IMG/VR virus record: IMGVR_UViG_3300017748_000005
Location: 5,519 to 69,518 of that record
Direction: 5' to 3' (one strand)
DNA from: a virus
DNA length: 64,000 bases
Position 1 is the stretch's first letter. Every line of letters starts with the position of its first letter. The notes under the pieces are model-generated. The model did no database searches, was not told the DNA's origin, and saw only the letters and a program-made list of their open reading frames with translations. Both the position numbers and the translations under genes were made by a program. Shown here one piece after another: positions 46,946 through 56,460 of the stretch.

Positions 46946-47710
46946 ATGACTCAAGAACAAGAACCTATTCAATCTGTTGCAGACAAACCTTTTAGGATTT
47001 CAACACCAAGTGGATACCGTAAGTATTTATGTTCTGGTCTTTATCTGCCGTCAGTGACGACTGTGTTGTCGGCGACAGAAACTGAAAAGGCCAAAGCAGG
47101 GCTTAAGCGGTGGCAAGAGAACAATCCTGGCGCACTTGAAGCAGCTGCTACTCGTGGTTCCGCTATTCACTTGTGCTGTGAAAACTACCTTCGAGGTATT
47201 GAGCCAGGTGTGCCTGAAGAGTACTCAGACTTTTGGTCAGGGATGACTCAGTACCTAGATTGGTTTGAAGACCTGTATTGGTCTGAGCGACCTTTGCGTC
47301 CTGATTGGAATCATCTTCGCAGTGACGACAAAGAAGTTGCATACGTTTGGTCAACGGTGCATGAGTTTGCTGGATGCCCTGACTTGATCGGTACTATCGG
47401 TGGCCTCAATGTCATTGCTGACTTCAAGACAAGCAACGCTCCGTATCGGACCTCCTATCCAGACAAAGGTGATCGTGGCGGTTACGGTGGATTTCGTAAG
47501 TACCAAAAAGTCAGTCAGCAGATGGCTGCCTACAGACTTGCCTTAGAGGAACGTACGGGTTTCCGATGTGATGTTGCTTTGGTAATAGTCACCACACCAG
47601 AGACAACTCAAGGTATATTTATTGACGGAGATCAACTTGATCTCGCAGAACAGCGGTTTATACGTCGTTGCGAACAGTTCCACGCTAAAGAATCAGGAGA
47701 AGTAGGTTGA
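46946..47710 (+). CDS. PD-(D/E)xK family exonuclease
   Basis: PSVTTVL, RGSAIH, AGCPDLI, IADFKTS, QMAAY motifs. Confidence 0.85.
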   Translation: MTQEQEPIQSVADKPFRISTPSGYRKYLCSGLYLPSVTTVLSATETEKAKAGLKRWQENNPGALEAAATRGSAIHLCCENYLRGIEPGVPEEYSDFWSGMTQYLDWFEDLYWSERPLRPDWNHLRSDDKEVAYVWSTVHEFAGCPDLIGTIGGLNVIADFKTSNAPYRTSYPDKGDRGGYGGFRKYQKVSQQMAAYRLALEERTGFRCDVALVIVTTPETTQGIFIDGDQLDLAEQRFIRRCEQFHAKESGEVG

Positions 47711-49959
47711 AGCTTAAGATTGCGGTAAATAAAAACTGCGTTAACAAAACCAATGCAAACAAAGTTGCGTCTGGTTGGCTCAATATCAATGAAGATCTGA
47801 CCTGGTTAGAAGGCTGGGTCAAGGCTGGCTACGGCTGGTGTGGTACGCACTTTGCAGATCGTTATCGTCTTGCAGCCAATTCCCGTGGGTCAAACATAGT
47901 TGTCTTAGATATTGACGGTGATACCACTCTTGCCAGGTTCTGGGGCACAACCACCGCTCGTCAGTGGTGTGCAGCAACTTATACCTCTAGCTCACATACT
48001 GAGCAGAGCCATCGTTTCCGAGCCATATTTCCACTGGAAATGGAGCTGGACAACCTTGGCAAGCACAAAGGTGCTTACTGGCTCATTGTTGACCGTTTGC
48101 TTGCTGAGTTGGGACTTCCCAAACTTGGTGATAACTGTGGTCAAAAGCCTGAGCGGCTGTGGTATGGCAACAAAAAAGCAAACTTTGAGTGGAACAAAGA
48201 AGTCATTCCTGTTCCTAAGTTTCTTCTAGAAACTATTGACTACGAAGAGCCTACAGACTTCGTTGCATCTGACATATCTGATCTCGACATACGTCGTTGT
48301 CAATGGATTTTACGTAACTTCCTACGACCATCAGATGATGGCGAATATGAAGAATACTTCTTACCTGTTATGGCAGCATGTGCAGGTGTAGGTAAAACTC
48401 TCTTTGATGACTGGGTTGACTGGGTTCTTCGCGGTCACCATGGTCACAAACCAGAAAACTGTGCCTCTTGGAAGTGGCGTGGTCTTGGTAACTATGCAGG
48501 TCATACCACTCTGTATGGCCTATGTAAGCGGCAAGATTCGCAATGGACTAGGCAACTACCCTCTGATCTTCGCTTCGGCGCTGTAGGGACAGCAGCAGGC
48601 TATGGGGAGTTTGATCCTCAACCCGACTTTGATTCTGTACTTAATACCCCAAATCTCATCAAGAAAACAAATATGACTACTAAAAAAGTTGACGACAACA
48701 TCATCGAGCCTCTCCCTGACATGGAGCAAGCTCCTGTAAAAAAGCGTGGTCGTCCTAAAAAATCATCTGATGATCTTGCCAAGGAACGTGAAAATGATGT
48801 TGACAAAGTAAAGTCTCTACTTACTAATCTTCGTAAGAATGAGCTGACAGCTGCAATTGAATATGACTGCGATGGTAAAGCCATTGAGCTTCAAGGCAAC
48901 GATCTCGATCTAATGACTACCAAGCTGTCTGTCGAGCATGGTGTATTTATTCCAGAAATGAGAGTAAAAGCTGCAGTTCAGTACGCAGCCAACAAAAATA
49001 AGTACTGCCCTATTCGCACTTACCTAGACAAGTGTGCAGATCATGCCATCCCACACTGTGATTGGGATCGTATCGGTGAAGTGTTTCTTGGTAACAAGCA
49101 CACTCTTGCAACTCTTGCAATGCAGCGAATGATGATCGGCGCTGTAGCACGTGCTTACAACCCTGGCTGCTCTATGTCCTGGCTCCCAATACTAGTGGGT
49201 GCACAGGGTGCAGGCAAATCTATGTTTAGTCGTTGTCTTGTTCCGGACAAGCTGTTTGCTGAAGTAACTACGCCTCTTGAGACTCTGATGAAAGAGCAAT
49301 ATCGATTGCATGTTGCTTGGCTTTTGGAGCTTCCAGAAATTGATCATTTTTTCAACAGCAAAAATATTGAGAACTTTAAAAACCTCATTACCACCCGTGT
49401 GGATGAAGTTCGTCGCCCTTATGCGTCTTTACCAGAGTCACTGTATAGGCGCTTTGTAATGATTGGTACTACCAATCGCAACCAATTTTTGGTTGATAGT
49501 ACGGGTAATCGACGGTTTGTTCCCCTTGAAATTGGTACTGGCTTCCTTATTCCATGGAAACAACTAGCTCAAGAACGTGACATGCTGTGGGCTGCAGCTG
49601 TACAAGCGTATCGCAATGATGATGCTTATGAATTTAACTCTGGAGAAATTGCACAAATTTCTGAATACATTGCTGAGTTCGGTGATCCTGATCCCTGGAT
49701 GGAAAAGATCACATCCTACATAAGTATTAAGCAAGAAGTATCTGCTGCAGACGTACTTACTAATGGCCTTGATCTTGACCCACGTCAACAGGGTCGTCGG
49801 GAGTCTCGTCGTGTAGCAGATGTTTTGCAAACATTAGGTTGGCGTCGTCGAGTCACTAGCCGTAAAGATAGTGCTACTGGTAAAAGCAAATCAGTACGAG
49901 TATGGCTCCGTCCAGCCGATGATCCGCTTACTGAAGGAGAAGAGTTGTTGGATTTCTGA
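47707..49959 (+). CDS. Primase/helicase with VirE (VapE)-type ATPase domain
   Basis: N-terminal LDID..YTSSSH..RFRAIFPL; Walker A GAQGAGKS; GTTN..FLVDSTGNRRF. Confidence 0.8.
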   Translation: MKLKIAVNKNCVNKTNANKVASGWLNINEDLTWLEGWVKAGYGWCGTHFADRYRLAANSRGSNIVVLDIDGDTTLARFWGTTTARQWCAATYTSSSHTEQSHRFRAIFPLEMELDNLGKHKGAYWLIVDRLLAELGLPKLGDNCGQKPERLWYGNKKANFEWNKEVIPVPKFLLETIDYEEPTDFVASDISDLDIRRCQWILRNFLRPSDDGEYEEYFLPVMAACAGVGKTLFDDWVDWVLRGHHGHKPENCASWKWRGLGNYAGHTTLYGLCKRQDSQWTRQLPSDLRFGAVGTAAGYGEFDPQPDFDSVLNTPNLIKKTNMTTKKVDDNIIEPLPDMEQAPVKKRGRPKKSSDDLAKERENDVDKVKSLLTNLRKNELTAAIEYDCDGKAIELQGNDLDLMTTKLSVEHGVFIPEMRVKAAVQYAANKNKYCPIRTYLDKCADHAIPHCDWDRIGEVFLGNKHTLATLAMQRMMIGAVARAYNPGCSMSWLPILVGAQGAGKSMFSRCLVPDKLFAEVTTPLETLMKEQYRLHVAWLLELPEIDHFFNSKNIENFKNLITTRVDEVRRPYASLPESLYRRFVMIGTTNRNQFLVDSTGNRRFVPLEIGTGFLIPWKQLAQERDMLWAAAVQAYRNDDAYEFNSGEIAQISEYIAEFGDPDPWMEKITSYISIKQEVSAADVLTNGLDLDPRQQGRRESRRVADVLQTLGWRRRVTSRKDSATGKSKSVRVWLRPADDPLTEGEELLDF

Positions 49960-50010
49960 TCCACAACCTTGAATCATTTCTGTTATATATAAACCAATTA
50001 AGTAATACAA

Positions 50011-50241
50011 ATGACATCAAAAACACTGCAGGTAGGTATGCGTGTACGTAACCTAAATAATGATCTGACTGCATTAATAGTCGGACCTCCTGAATACTAC
50101 ACATCACGGGCTAAACTAGTACGTATAAAGTACGAGAATTCAACTCGTTACGAATATCAAATCACTACTGTTCTGGATTTACTTCCACTAGAAGATCAAT
50201 ATCCAGCTCATGGTGGTACTTATGGAGTAGAAAATGTCTGA
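50011..50241 (+). CDS. Small hypothetical protein
   Basis: 76-aa ORF. Confidence 0.55.
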   Translation: MTSKTLQVGMRVRNLNNDLTALIVGPPEYYTSRAKLVRIKYENSTRYEYQITTVLDLLPLEDQYPAHGGTYGVENV

Positions 50242-51043
50242 AGCACAGCCATCTCGCAAGCGTGGTGGGCATGCCTATGGTCGTCGTAATCAGCAGATGT
50301 CTAACACTGCTGAAGAAAGTGATCTATGCCTATACACTGGCCACGCATTAGGGAGGTTTAGTGCTCATTCAATGCGGTACGACAGTCATCAAGCCTGTGT
50401 ACGTTGCGTAGCCGCTGCACGTGAAGGACGAATGTCATTAGATATTGATCGTCTAATGAAAAAGAATCGAATCAAAGCTCTGAAGTTTTGGTCTCAAGTA
50501 GATATTGGTTCCCCTGATGAATGTTGGAATTGGCAAGGCTCAATCAACAAAAGAACAAGTCAACCTCAATTTGCCTGGCGTAGGCACGGCATCTCCTCCT
50601 CAACACAACATCACCCGCAACGTGTTGCTATGTGGTTTAGTTGGGGAGACCTTGGTTTTACTGGAGTTAAAACTACTTGCGGTAACAAGTATTGCTGCAA
50701 CCCATTCCATTTAATTCCACAAAAAATTGGTGTTTTTGTAGACGATGACACCTACCTTGATAGCTTCGAGCTTGCAATTCAGATTCAAACACTTAAGCAA
50801 AGTGTTAGTGAATATATGATCGAAGAAGCTATGAAAGAAGCGCAGAAGATGCAAGATGCCGAAGAAGTTGCAGCACGCAACGAACTTGGCATTAGTCAAG
50901 ACGCTTCATACCTAAATAAGTTTGAAGCTGTAATGGTAGACATGCTTGAAGGTAAGCACATCACTCAATCGGATCCGGGATTTGATTTACTTCGTGGGCT
51001 AATTGATAATGAATCTGATGATAATCCCACGAAAGACTACTAA
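50234..51043 (+). CDS. Protein with His-Me finger/HNH-like Zn-binding domain
   Basis: FWSQVD..ECWNWQG..RVAM..CGNKYCCNPFHL. Confidence 0.65.
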   Translation: MSEAQPSRKRGGHAYGRRNQQMSNTAEESDLCLYTGHALGRFSAHSMRYDSHQACVRCVAAAREGRMSLDIDRLMKKNRIKALKFWSQVDIGSPDECWNWQGSINKRTSQPQFAWRRHGISSSTQHHPQRVAMWFSWGDLGFTGVKTTCGNKYCCNPFHLIPQKIGVFVDDDTYLDSFELAIQIQTLKQSVSEYMIEEAMKEAQKMQDAEEVAARNELGISQDASYLNKFEAVMVDMLEGKHITQSDPGFDLLRGLIDNESDDNPTKDY

Positions 51044-51075
51044 ATTTTCTTATTGTAATACAAGAGTTTTCAATT

Positions 51076-51498
51076 ATGTCTCGACGCGAAGATTTACTTA
51101 AGCAACTACTTGCCTCTGACAAATGGGGTGAGGAAAAAGAACAAGAACAGAAGTTCTTACAAGCCACGGCTGAGCTAGTCCTTACAGACATGCTCAACAT
51201 CACTATCAATGGGTATTCCCAATATGGTGCTGGCTCCCTGATTATCAACCTTCAAAATGACAGTACTACTTATATGAGTGGTTTTGACATTGAAAGGGAC
51301 ATCTGTGCTGCAGAGCGCAACGAAGATGAATCAGTGGTTGAGTTCTTGCGTGATCTAATGAAACGCATCGACGAAAATGATTGGACATCTAACGTCTTGA
51401 TTACATTGATTTCAGATGCAGGAACAAGAACATTTAGTCTCGAAGCAGGACGGAGCCAAGAGAGCTTCTCTGAGGCAGCAGCAAAATCTAAAGAATAA
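51076..51498 (+). CDS. Hypothetical protein
   Basis: 140-aa ORF. Confidence 0.6.
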   Translation: MSRREDLLKQLLASDKWGEEKEQEQKFLQATAELVLTDMLNITINGYSQYGAGSLIINLQNDSTTYMSGFDIERDICAAERNEDESVVEFLRDLMKRIDENDWTSNVLITLISDAGTRTFSLEAGRSQESFSEAAAKSKE

Positions 51499-52084
51499 GC
51501 TGGCTTCTCAGAATCTAAAGCTCCCTCTATATCCAACTCCTCAGATAATTGAACGTGCTCGTAGCGTCATGGGATCAATTGATTTTGACCCTACTGCTGA
51601 CCCTCTTCAGCAAGTACTTGTAGATGCTACTGCTATCCCATCAGTAGAAATCAATCCACTGCAAGAGCATTGGACAGGAAACTGTTTTGTAGCTCCAAAA
51701 GGTGCAGTTAGGAATACAAGACTTTGGTTGAACAAAACCATTAGTGAGTATCGCAATGGTTATATCAATTCATTTGTGTTCTTTACTAGCGCATCTGAAA
51801 TCATTAGATCAGCTCCTGTGCTATTTGATTTTCCTATGTGCATCCCATTCAAAAGGGTAAAGCAGTTGAGAGCCACACCTGATGGCTTTGAGCCCGTCTC
51901 CCCCAGCACATGGAACATCATTCTGTATGGACCTCCTACTGACGCAGTTCTTTCGGACGTAGACAAAGTGTCGTTGTTCTACAACATATTCCGAGACATT
52001 GGACGTGTCTCATACAACGAATATGCAGGTGATAACTGGCAAAAAGATCTTGAGTTTTATGATGAGCGTAAGGGAGAAGTTTAA
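51416..52084 (+). CDS. Phage DNA adenine methyltransferase-like protein with degenerate catalytic motif
   Basis: IIERARSVMGSIDFDP..EHWTGNCFVAP; APKG where NPPY is expected. Confidence 0.6.
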   Translation: MQEQEHLVSKQDGAKRASLRQQQNLKNKLASQNLKLPLYPTPQIIERARSVMGSIDFDPTADPLQQVLVDATAIPSVEINPLQEHWTGNCFVAPKGAVRNTRLWLNKTISEYRNGYINSFVFFTSASEIIRSAPVLFDFPMCIPFKRVKQLRATPDGFEPVSPSTWNIILYGPPTDAVLSDVDKVSLFYNIFRDIGRVSYNEYAGDNWQKDLEFYDERKGEV

Positions 52085-52503
52085 TGCAAAAGTATTTTAC
52101 TAAAAGTTATTTGTATGAACTTCCTTCAGGACTTACAGCGCACCCTTCTCGGTGCATCATTCGTGACGGTACTATTACTTGGTCTGATGCCTTGCGATCG
52201 AAGTCGGATGATTCTCTTTTCATACCTAGTGAGCACTGTTTTGAGCAACATATTCTTAAGACTGCTCACAGGTTGGAAGAACTAAATATCTGGTCAACAC
52301 AACCTGGCTTTGAATTACACGACTGCTTACTACCCTACGAATGGTTCAACCCGACGAAAGAGTGGTTGTCCGATGGCATAAGTGTCTACTTCAAACACAC
52401 TGTACTCAGTAATAAACTTACTTATCAAAAACTTATTCCTCACATCAAATCTCATGAAGAGCTAGAAGTAAGGGACGAATACTTATTTTTTAAACGTTGT
52501 TAA
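52084..52503 (+). CDS. Hypothetical protein
   Basis: 139-aa ORF, TAATG coupling. Confidence 0.55.
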   Translation: MQKYFTKSYLYELPSGLTAHPSRCIIRDGTITWSDALRSKSDDSLFIPSEHCFEQHILKTAHRLEELNIWSTQPGFELHDCLLPYEWFNPTKEWLSDGISVYFKHTVLSNKLTYQKLIPHIKSHEELEVRDEYLFFKRC

Positions 52504-52505
52504 AC

Positions 52506-52832
52506 ATGGAATACGAAGAGTTTAATAAAAATTTCCTTGAACTACAAGCTAGAGGTTTAGACGACTGGCTTGATATTGATCAACTCGAAATTAATCAAGA
52601 AGAAGATTTAGTCAACTCACCAAGCCACTACACGCAAGGTGGCCAAGAAGCAATAGTAACGATAGAAGATGCAATCTCTAGTGCACCTGGACCCGTTACA
52701 GGCATGCTTCAAGGTAATGCACTCAAATACCTCATCAGACTGTGGTCTAAAAACAATGCTATTCAAGATGCTAAAAAAGCACGTTGGTACCTTGATCGCC
52801 TTATTGCACGTCTTGAAGGGAAAATTGAATAA
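52506..52832 (+). CDS. DUF3310 (T7 gp1.7/SaV-like) protein
   Basis: VNSPSHYTQG..E.I..GNALKYLIR..K....QDAKKARWYLDRLI. Confidence 0.85.
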   Translation: MEYEEFNKNFLELQARGLDDWLDIDQLEINQEEDLVNSPSHYTQGGQEAIVTIEDAISSAPGPVTGMLQGNALKYLIRLWSKNNAIQDAKKARWYLDRLIARLEGKIE

Positions 52833-52838
52833 CTTCTA

Positions 52839-52856
52839 AGCAGGCTAACGCCTGCT
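52839..52856 (+). promoter_or_regulatory. TAAC hairpin element
   Basis: agcaggc-TAAC-gcctgct. Confidence 0.7.
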
Positions 52857-52925
52857 ATTTAAGTTTTGCTCACGTCACATGATTAACTCTATCTTCTTAA
52901 TATAGGGCTAGCAATCATTAGTGTT

Positions 52926-53486
52926 ATGGGCGTACATAAAGGGGATCCTACACATCTTGAGAATCCTGATAAATATTTTATGAATATAGCCAAAGCTGTG
53001 CAGGAAGGATCTAATCACCCGATAGCACCAGGAGGCTGCGTGATCACTAGAGGAAGAGAGCTTATAGCTGACGGACGTTCAGTCCTAGCAGCATGCCGTG
53101 TAGAAGTTGATTGCATTACTTATGCGATAGCTTCAGCTGCAAAGTTTGGAACTTCTTTAGGTGGTTGCGTTATTTATTCAACCCGTTATCCGTTTAGTGC
53201 TGCTATATTTCAATTACATCTTATGGGTGTCCGTAAGATGATTGTGTTGGCGCATGAGTGGGAACCGTACTACAAAGACGAATTCCGCCGTGCATCACGA
53301 TTAGCTCGCGAACTAAACATATCTATTGAACCATTATTTGAAAATGAAGACGAACGTTTCACAACAAACGATCAAGCCCCCCGTTTCGGAGCTGCCAGTC
53401 AAGCAGAAGAAGAGTTCCAAGACAAAGACCTCTACACGACAAGTCCGGTTGAACAAAGCGATTCAAACATATCAATTGATAAATAA
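52926..53486 (+). CDS. dCMP deaminase-fold protein lacking Zn ligands
   Basis: YFMNIAKAV..GCVI..NAI-like YAIASAAKFGTSLGGCVIYSTRYP..GVRKMI; no HAE or PCxxC. Confidence 0.65.
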   Translation: MGVHKGDPTHLENPDKYFMNIAKAVQEGSNHPIAPGGCVITRGRELIADGRSVLAACRVEVDCITYAIASAAKFGTSLGGCVIYSTRYPFSAAIFQLHLMGVRKMIVLAHEWEPYYKDEFRRASRLARELNISIEPLFENEDERFTTNDQAPRFGAASQAEEEFQDKDLYTTSPVEQSDSNISIDK

Positions 53487-53490
53487 GCCG

Positions 53491-54027
53491 ATGACTACAC
53501 CTGTGCTATTCGATATTGAATCCACTGGTCTTCTCAGACAAGGGAGCAGCATTCACTGCATCGTTGCTCGTGAACTAATCGAGCCTGATGAAGTTGAAGT
53601 GTTTGATATTCATCGCCCTGACAGCACCATCAATATGGGTGTCGAGCGGTTAAAAGAAGCACCAATTCTTGTTGGGCACAACATAGCTACCTATGACATC
53701 CCTCTTATCCAAGAGGCTTATGACTTTGACTATCAAGGTGAAATTTTTGACACTCTTGTACTATCTCGTCTTTTTTATCCTGACATCAAAGAAAGAGATT
53801 TCGAACGTAGGCCAGCAGGTATGCCAGCAAAGTTATATGGCTCTCATGGATTAGAAGCTTGGGGTCATCGGTTGCGATGCTTCAAAGGTGACTTTGGTAA
53901 GCATCATGATTGTTGGAAAGTTTACACTCCTGAGATGCTTGATTATTGCATTCAAGATACACTAGTCAATGTGAAACTATATGATCTCATGATGCGAAGG
54001 ATGGATGATTATGTTACCACCAAATGA
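53491..54027 (+). CDS. 3'-5' exonuclease domain of T7-like DNA polymerase (separate gene)
   Basis: FDIESTGL, VGHNIATYDIP, DTLVLSRL, SHGLEAWGHRL, MLDYCIQD. Confidence 0.88.
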   Translation: MTTPVLFDIESTGLLRQGSSIHCIVARELIEPDEVEVFDIHRPDSTINMGVERLKEAPILVGHNIATYDIPLIQEAYDFDYQGEIFDTLVLSRLFYPDIKERDFERRPAGMPAKLYGSHGLEAWGHRLRCFKGDFGKHHDCWKVYTPEMLDYCIQDTLVNVKLYDLMMRRMDDYVTTK

Positions 54028-54169
54028 AGGCCTAATTAAAATCAATAAAGAAGCAAAGACCATACTTATATTGGTCAAAATGCCAACCCCTGAAACCCAA
54101 AAAAGGTTGAAAGAGGAATTAGAAAAAAACTATCCAGAATATACTGTTATACAAAGAAATGACGACTAA
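54011..54169 (+). CDS. Small hypothetical protein (52 aa)
   Basis: MLPPNEGLIKINKEAK...QRNDD, read manually. Confidence 0.4.
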   Translation: MLPPNEGLIKINKEAKTILILVKMPTPETQKRLKEELEKNYPEYTVIQRNDD

Positions 54170-54434
54170 AAAACAATTGCCTACAAAAGATGCTCCGCTT
54201 AGCGTAGAAGAATTTCAAGCTGCTGCTGATATCTTTTTTCCGCTCTACAACGTTGTCTCTTCCGAAATGGCGGGGGCAAAGGTTGAGGACATTTTGAAAG
54301 TTATGGAAAATCTTGCAAAGCTTGCTCACCGTGAGCGTGCCAAAGCTCGTGAAGAATCAATAAAACTTAAGTTTGGTTTTAACCGTTCCAACAAAGAAGA
54401 CAACGAAAAGGAGAATGACGACGATGCTGAATGA
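54159..54434 (+). CDS. Hypothetical protein
   Basis: 91-aa ORF between exonuclease and polymerase genes. Confidence 0.6.
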   Translation: MTTKKQLPTKDAPLSVEEFQAAADIFFPLYNVVSSEMAGAKVEDILKVMENLAKLAHRERAKAREESIKLKFGFNRSNKEDNEKENDDDAE

Positions 54435-55728
54435 CTTCGTAGACCTTGAGATGCGTATGGCTGTGCTGATGGCGCAGCAAGAACAATCTGGATTCCGCTT
54501 TGACAAAGAAGCTGCCATTGAAGTTCGTGCAGAACTGCAGCAAGAGGTCAACGATATTCAACAGAAAATCAAGTCTTGCTTTCTGTTTGTGCCTGGCAAA
54601 GTATTTACACCTAAACGCAATGATAAAAAAGCAGGGTATGTAGCAGGCTCGCCTCTCACCAAGTTGATTGAATTCAATCCCACTAGCCGTCAGCACATTG
54701 CATGGGCACTGCAGCACCACAGCGGAGCACGCTTTACTAAGACTACTGACACTGGTAAACCCAAAGTTGACGAAGCTACGCTTTCTGAAATCCGTGACAT
54801 TGCACTACAGCAAAGCAACCCCAAGCTCCATGCAGAGTGTGAGATGTTCATTCGCCTCCTCACTTTGCAAAAGTGGTTGGGTCAACTTTCTGAAGGTGCT
54901 AACTCCTGGTTCAATACCGTTGAAGATGATGGCTGTATTCACCACAGCTGTTCCCTAGCAACAGTTACGGGCCGGAATGTGCACCGGGGTCCAAATCTCG
55001 GGCAAGTGGTCAGTGCTCCTTGGGCACGCAGGCTCTTCATTCCTCACCCAGGTCACGTCATGGTTGGATGCGACCTTGAAGGGCTAGAGCTGAGATGCCT
55101 TGGGCATTTCCTACATCGCTTTGACAACGGAGCCTTTGCTGATGTCGTAATCAACGGCGATATCCACCAACAGAATGCTGATCGTGTGGGATGCACACGG
55201 AAGGAAGTGAAGACCCTTACCTACGCATTTATCTATGGGGCGGGCGATGTGAAGTTGGGTCATAGTCTTAGCCCTGAGCTATCTGATGCAGCCAAAAAAC
55301 GTCTCGGCTCAGAGTTGCGTAAAAAGTTCTTGGAAGCGATTCCTGGCTTAGAACCTCTGATCGTTGCAGTCAAAGCTAAAGCCAACCGTACAGGGCGCTT
55401 ACGTGGCTTAGATGGTCGTCCTGTGTTTGTACGCGCAGAACACGCTTCTTTGAATTTTTTACTTCAGAGTGCGGGTGCCGTACTGAGTAAGCGCTGGTGT
55501 GTTATCGCACAAGATATGATTAATAATTCAGGACTTGTTTATCACACAGACTATACACGTTGCGCATATGTACATGACGAACAGCAGTTCTCAGTCATTC
55601 CAAGCGAAGCTGATCGCGTTGCAAGAATCTTGGTTGAGGCAGCACCTCGTGCCGGTCAACACTACGACTTTAAAATACCCATCACCGCCTCGTCAGACGT
55701 AGGCAACTCATGGTCTGATACTCATTGA
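54424..55728 (+). CDS. Family A (T7-like) DNA polymerase, polymerase domain
   Basis: FNPTSRQHI, motif A GCDLEGLELR, motif B RKEVKTLTYAFIYGAG, motif C YVHDEQQF. Confidence 0.93.
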   Translation: MLNDFVDLEMRMAVLMAQQEQSGFRFDKEAAIEVRAELQQEVNDIQQKIKSCFLFVPGKVFTPKRNDKKAGYVAGSPLTKLIEFNPTSRQHIAWALQHHSGARFTKTTDTGKPKVDEATLSEIRDIALQQSNPKLHAECEMFIRLLTLQKWLGQLSEGANSWFNTVEDDGCIHHSCSLATVTGRNVHRGPNLGQVVSAPWARRLFIPHPGHVMVGCDLEGLELRCLGHFLHRFDNGAFADVVINGDIHQQNADRVGCTRKEVKTLTYAFIYGAGDVKLGHSLSPELSDAAKKRLGSELRKKFLEAIPGLEPLIVAVKAKANRTGRLRGLDGRPVFVRAEHASLNFLLQSAGAVLSKRWCVIAQDMINNSGLVYHTDYTRCAYVHDEQQFSVIPSEADRVARILVEAAPRAGQHYDFKIPITASSDVGNSWSDTH

Positions 55729-55729
55729 T

Positions 55730-55897
55730 ATGTTTGAATTTAGTGTTGATAAAGAAGGGCTCATTGTGCTTGTCCAAGCAATGGATATGTATCTTGAGCG
55801 ATGGCCTGGTGGCGATGCTGAACAACAGCAGCAAATCAAAGATATGGGAGATGTTCTCCATCGTGCGTTGCTTGAAGCAGCTTTTTACGATGGATAG
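55730..55897 (+). CDS. Small hypothetical protein (55 aa)
   Basis: MFEFSVDKEGL...YLERWPGGDAEQQ..., read manually. Confidence 0.5.
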   Translation: MFEFSVDKEGLIVLVQAMDMYLERWPGGDAEQQQQIKDMGDVLHRALLEAAFYDG

Positions 55898-56074
55898 ACA
55901 TGAAAAACATGATCAAAATTACTCCTGAAACATACAAAAAAATGAATGAGAGCTTTAAAGAAGAAGCTCTACCTTTTCGTATTGAAGTTCCTACACAGGA
56001 GCAAATTGATAAGTGGCAACGAAAGCTCTAAATGTTCTCCGTGAACGATTAGCCGTTGCTACACTATAAATATA

Positions 56075-56131
56075 CGTTCATCTCAACACATTGATTGTTG
56101 AGACGCAAGTAGGTCAGAGACCGAAGGAACG
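56075..56131 (+). ncRNA. glnA-motif (glutamine) riboswitch
   Basis: P1 CGTTC/GAACG, P2 tctcaaca/tgttgaga, junction CGCAAGTA, P3 ggtc/gacc, GAAG E-loop strand; TACACT -10 just upstream. Confidence 0.8.
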
Positions 56132-56160
56132 GGGAATTTCACCTCACTATGGAGTTTCCA

Positions 56161-56316
56161 ATGACTACAGTACAACTAATGGGTCTTGTTCGCGCCCAGA
56201 AAAAAGCAAAGCGTTCAAACCTCGAACTCTCGCATCATCAAGAGCGTGAGCTTTCAACAGAGCAAAAAGCAGGTCGCTGCTACACCTATCGTGGAGTGGA
56301 GTATTGCTACCGCTAA
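56161..56316 (+). CDS. DUF4278-like peptide (51 aa)
   Basis: Ends CYTYRGVEYCYR (YRGVxY motif); GGAG RBS; directly behind the riboswitch. Confidence 0.7.
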   Translation: MTTVQLMGLVRAQKKAKRSNLELSHHQERELSTEQKAGRCYTYRGVEYCYR

Positions 56317-56460
56317 AAACTAAATACACCTGCAAGTACAAAGACGGAACTGTCGTGAAAGACTTGTCTTATGACGACAGTTATTCTTTGTTTCAAGAAG
56401 CACTAGGTACAAGCAACACTTGCTCCGTGTACCCAATGAACACAAACTACAACAGATCAT

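Noticed and set aside
54028-54423. Intron, intein or frameshift in the DNA polymerase
   Set aside because: The gap is filled by two overlapping small ORFs; no group I/II intron or intein motifs seen.
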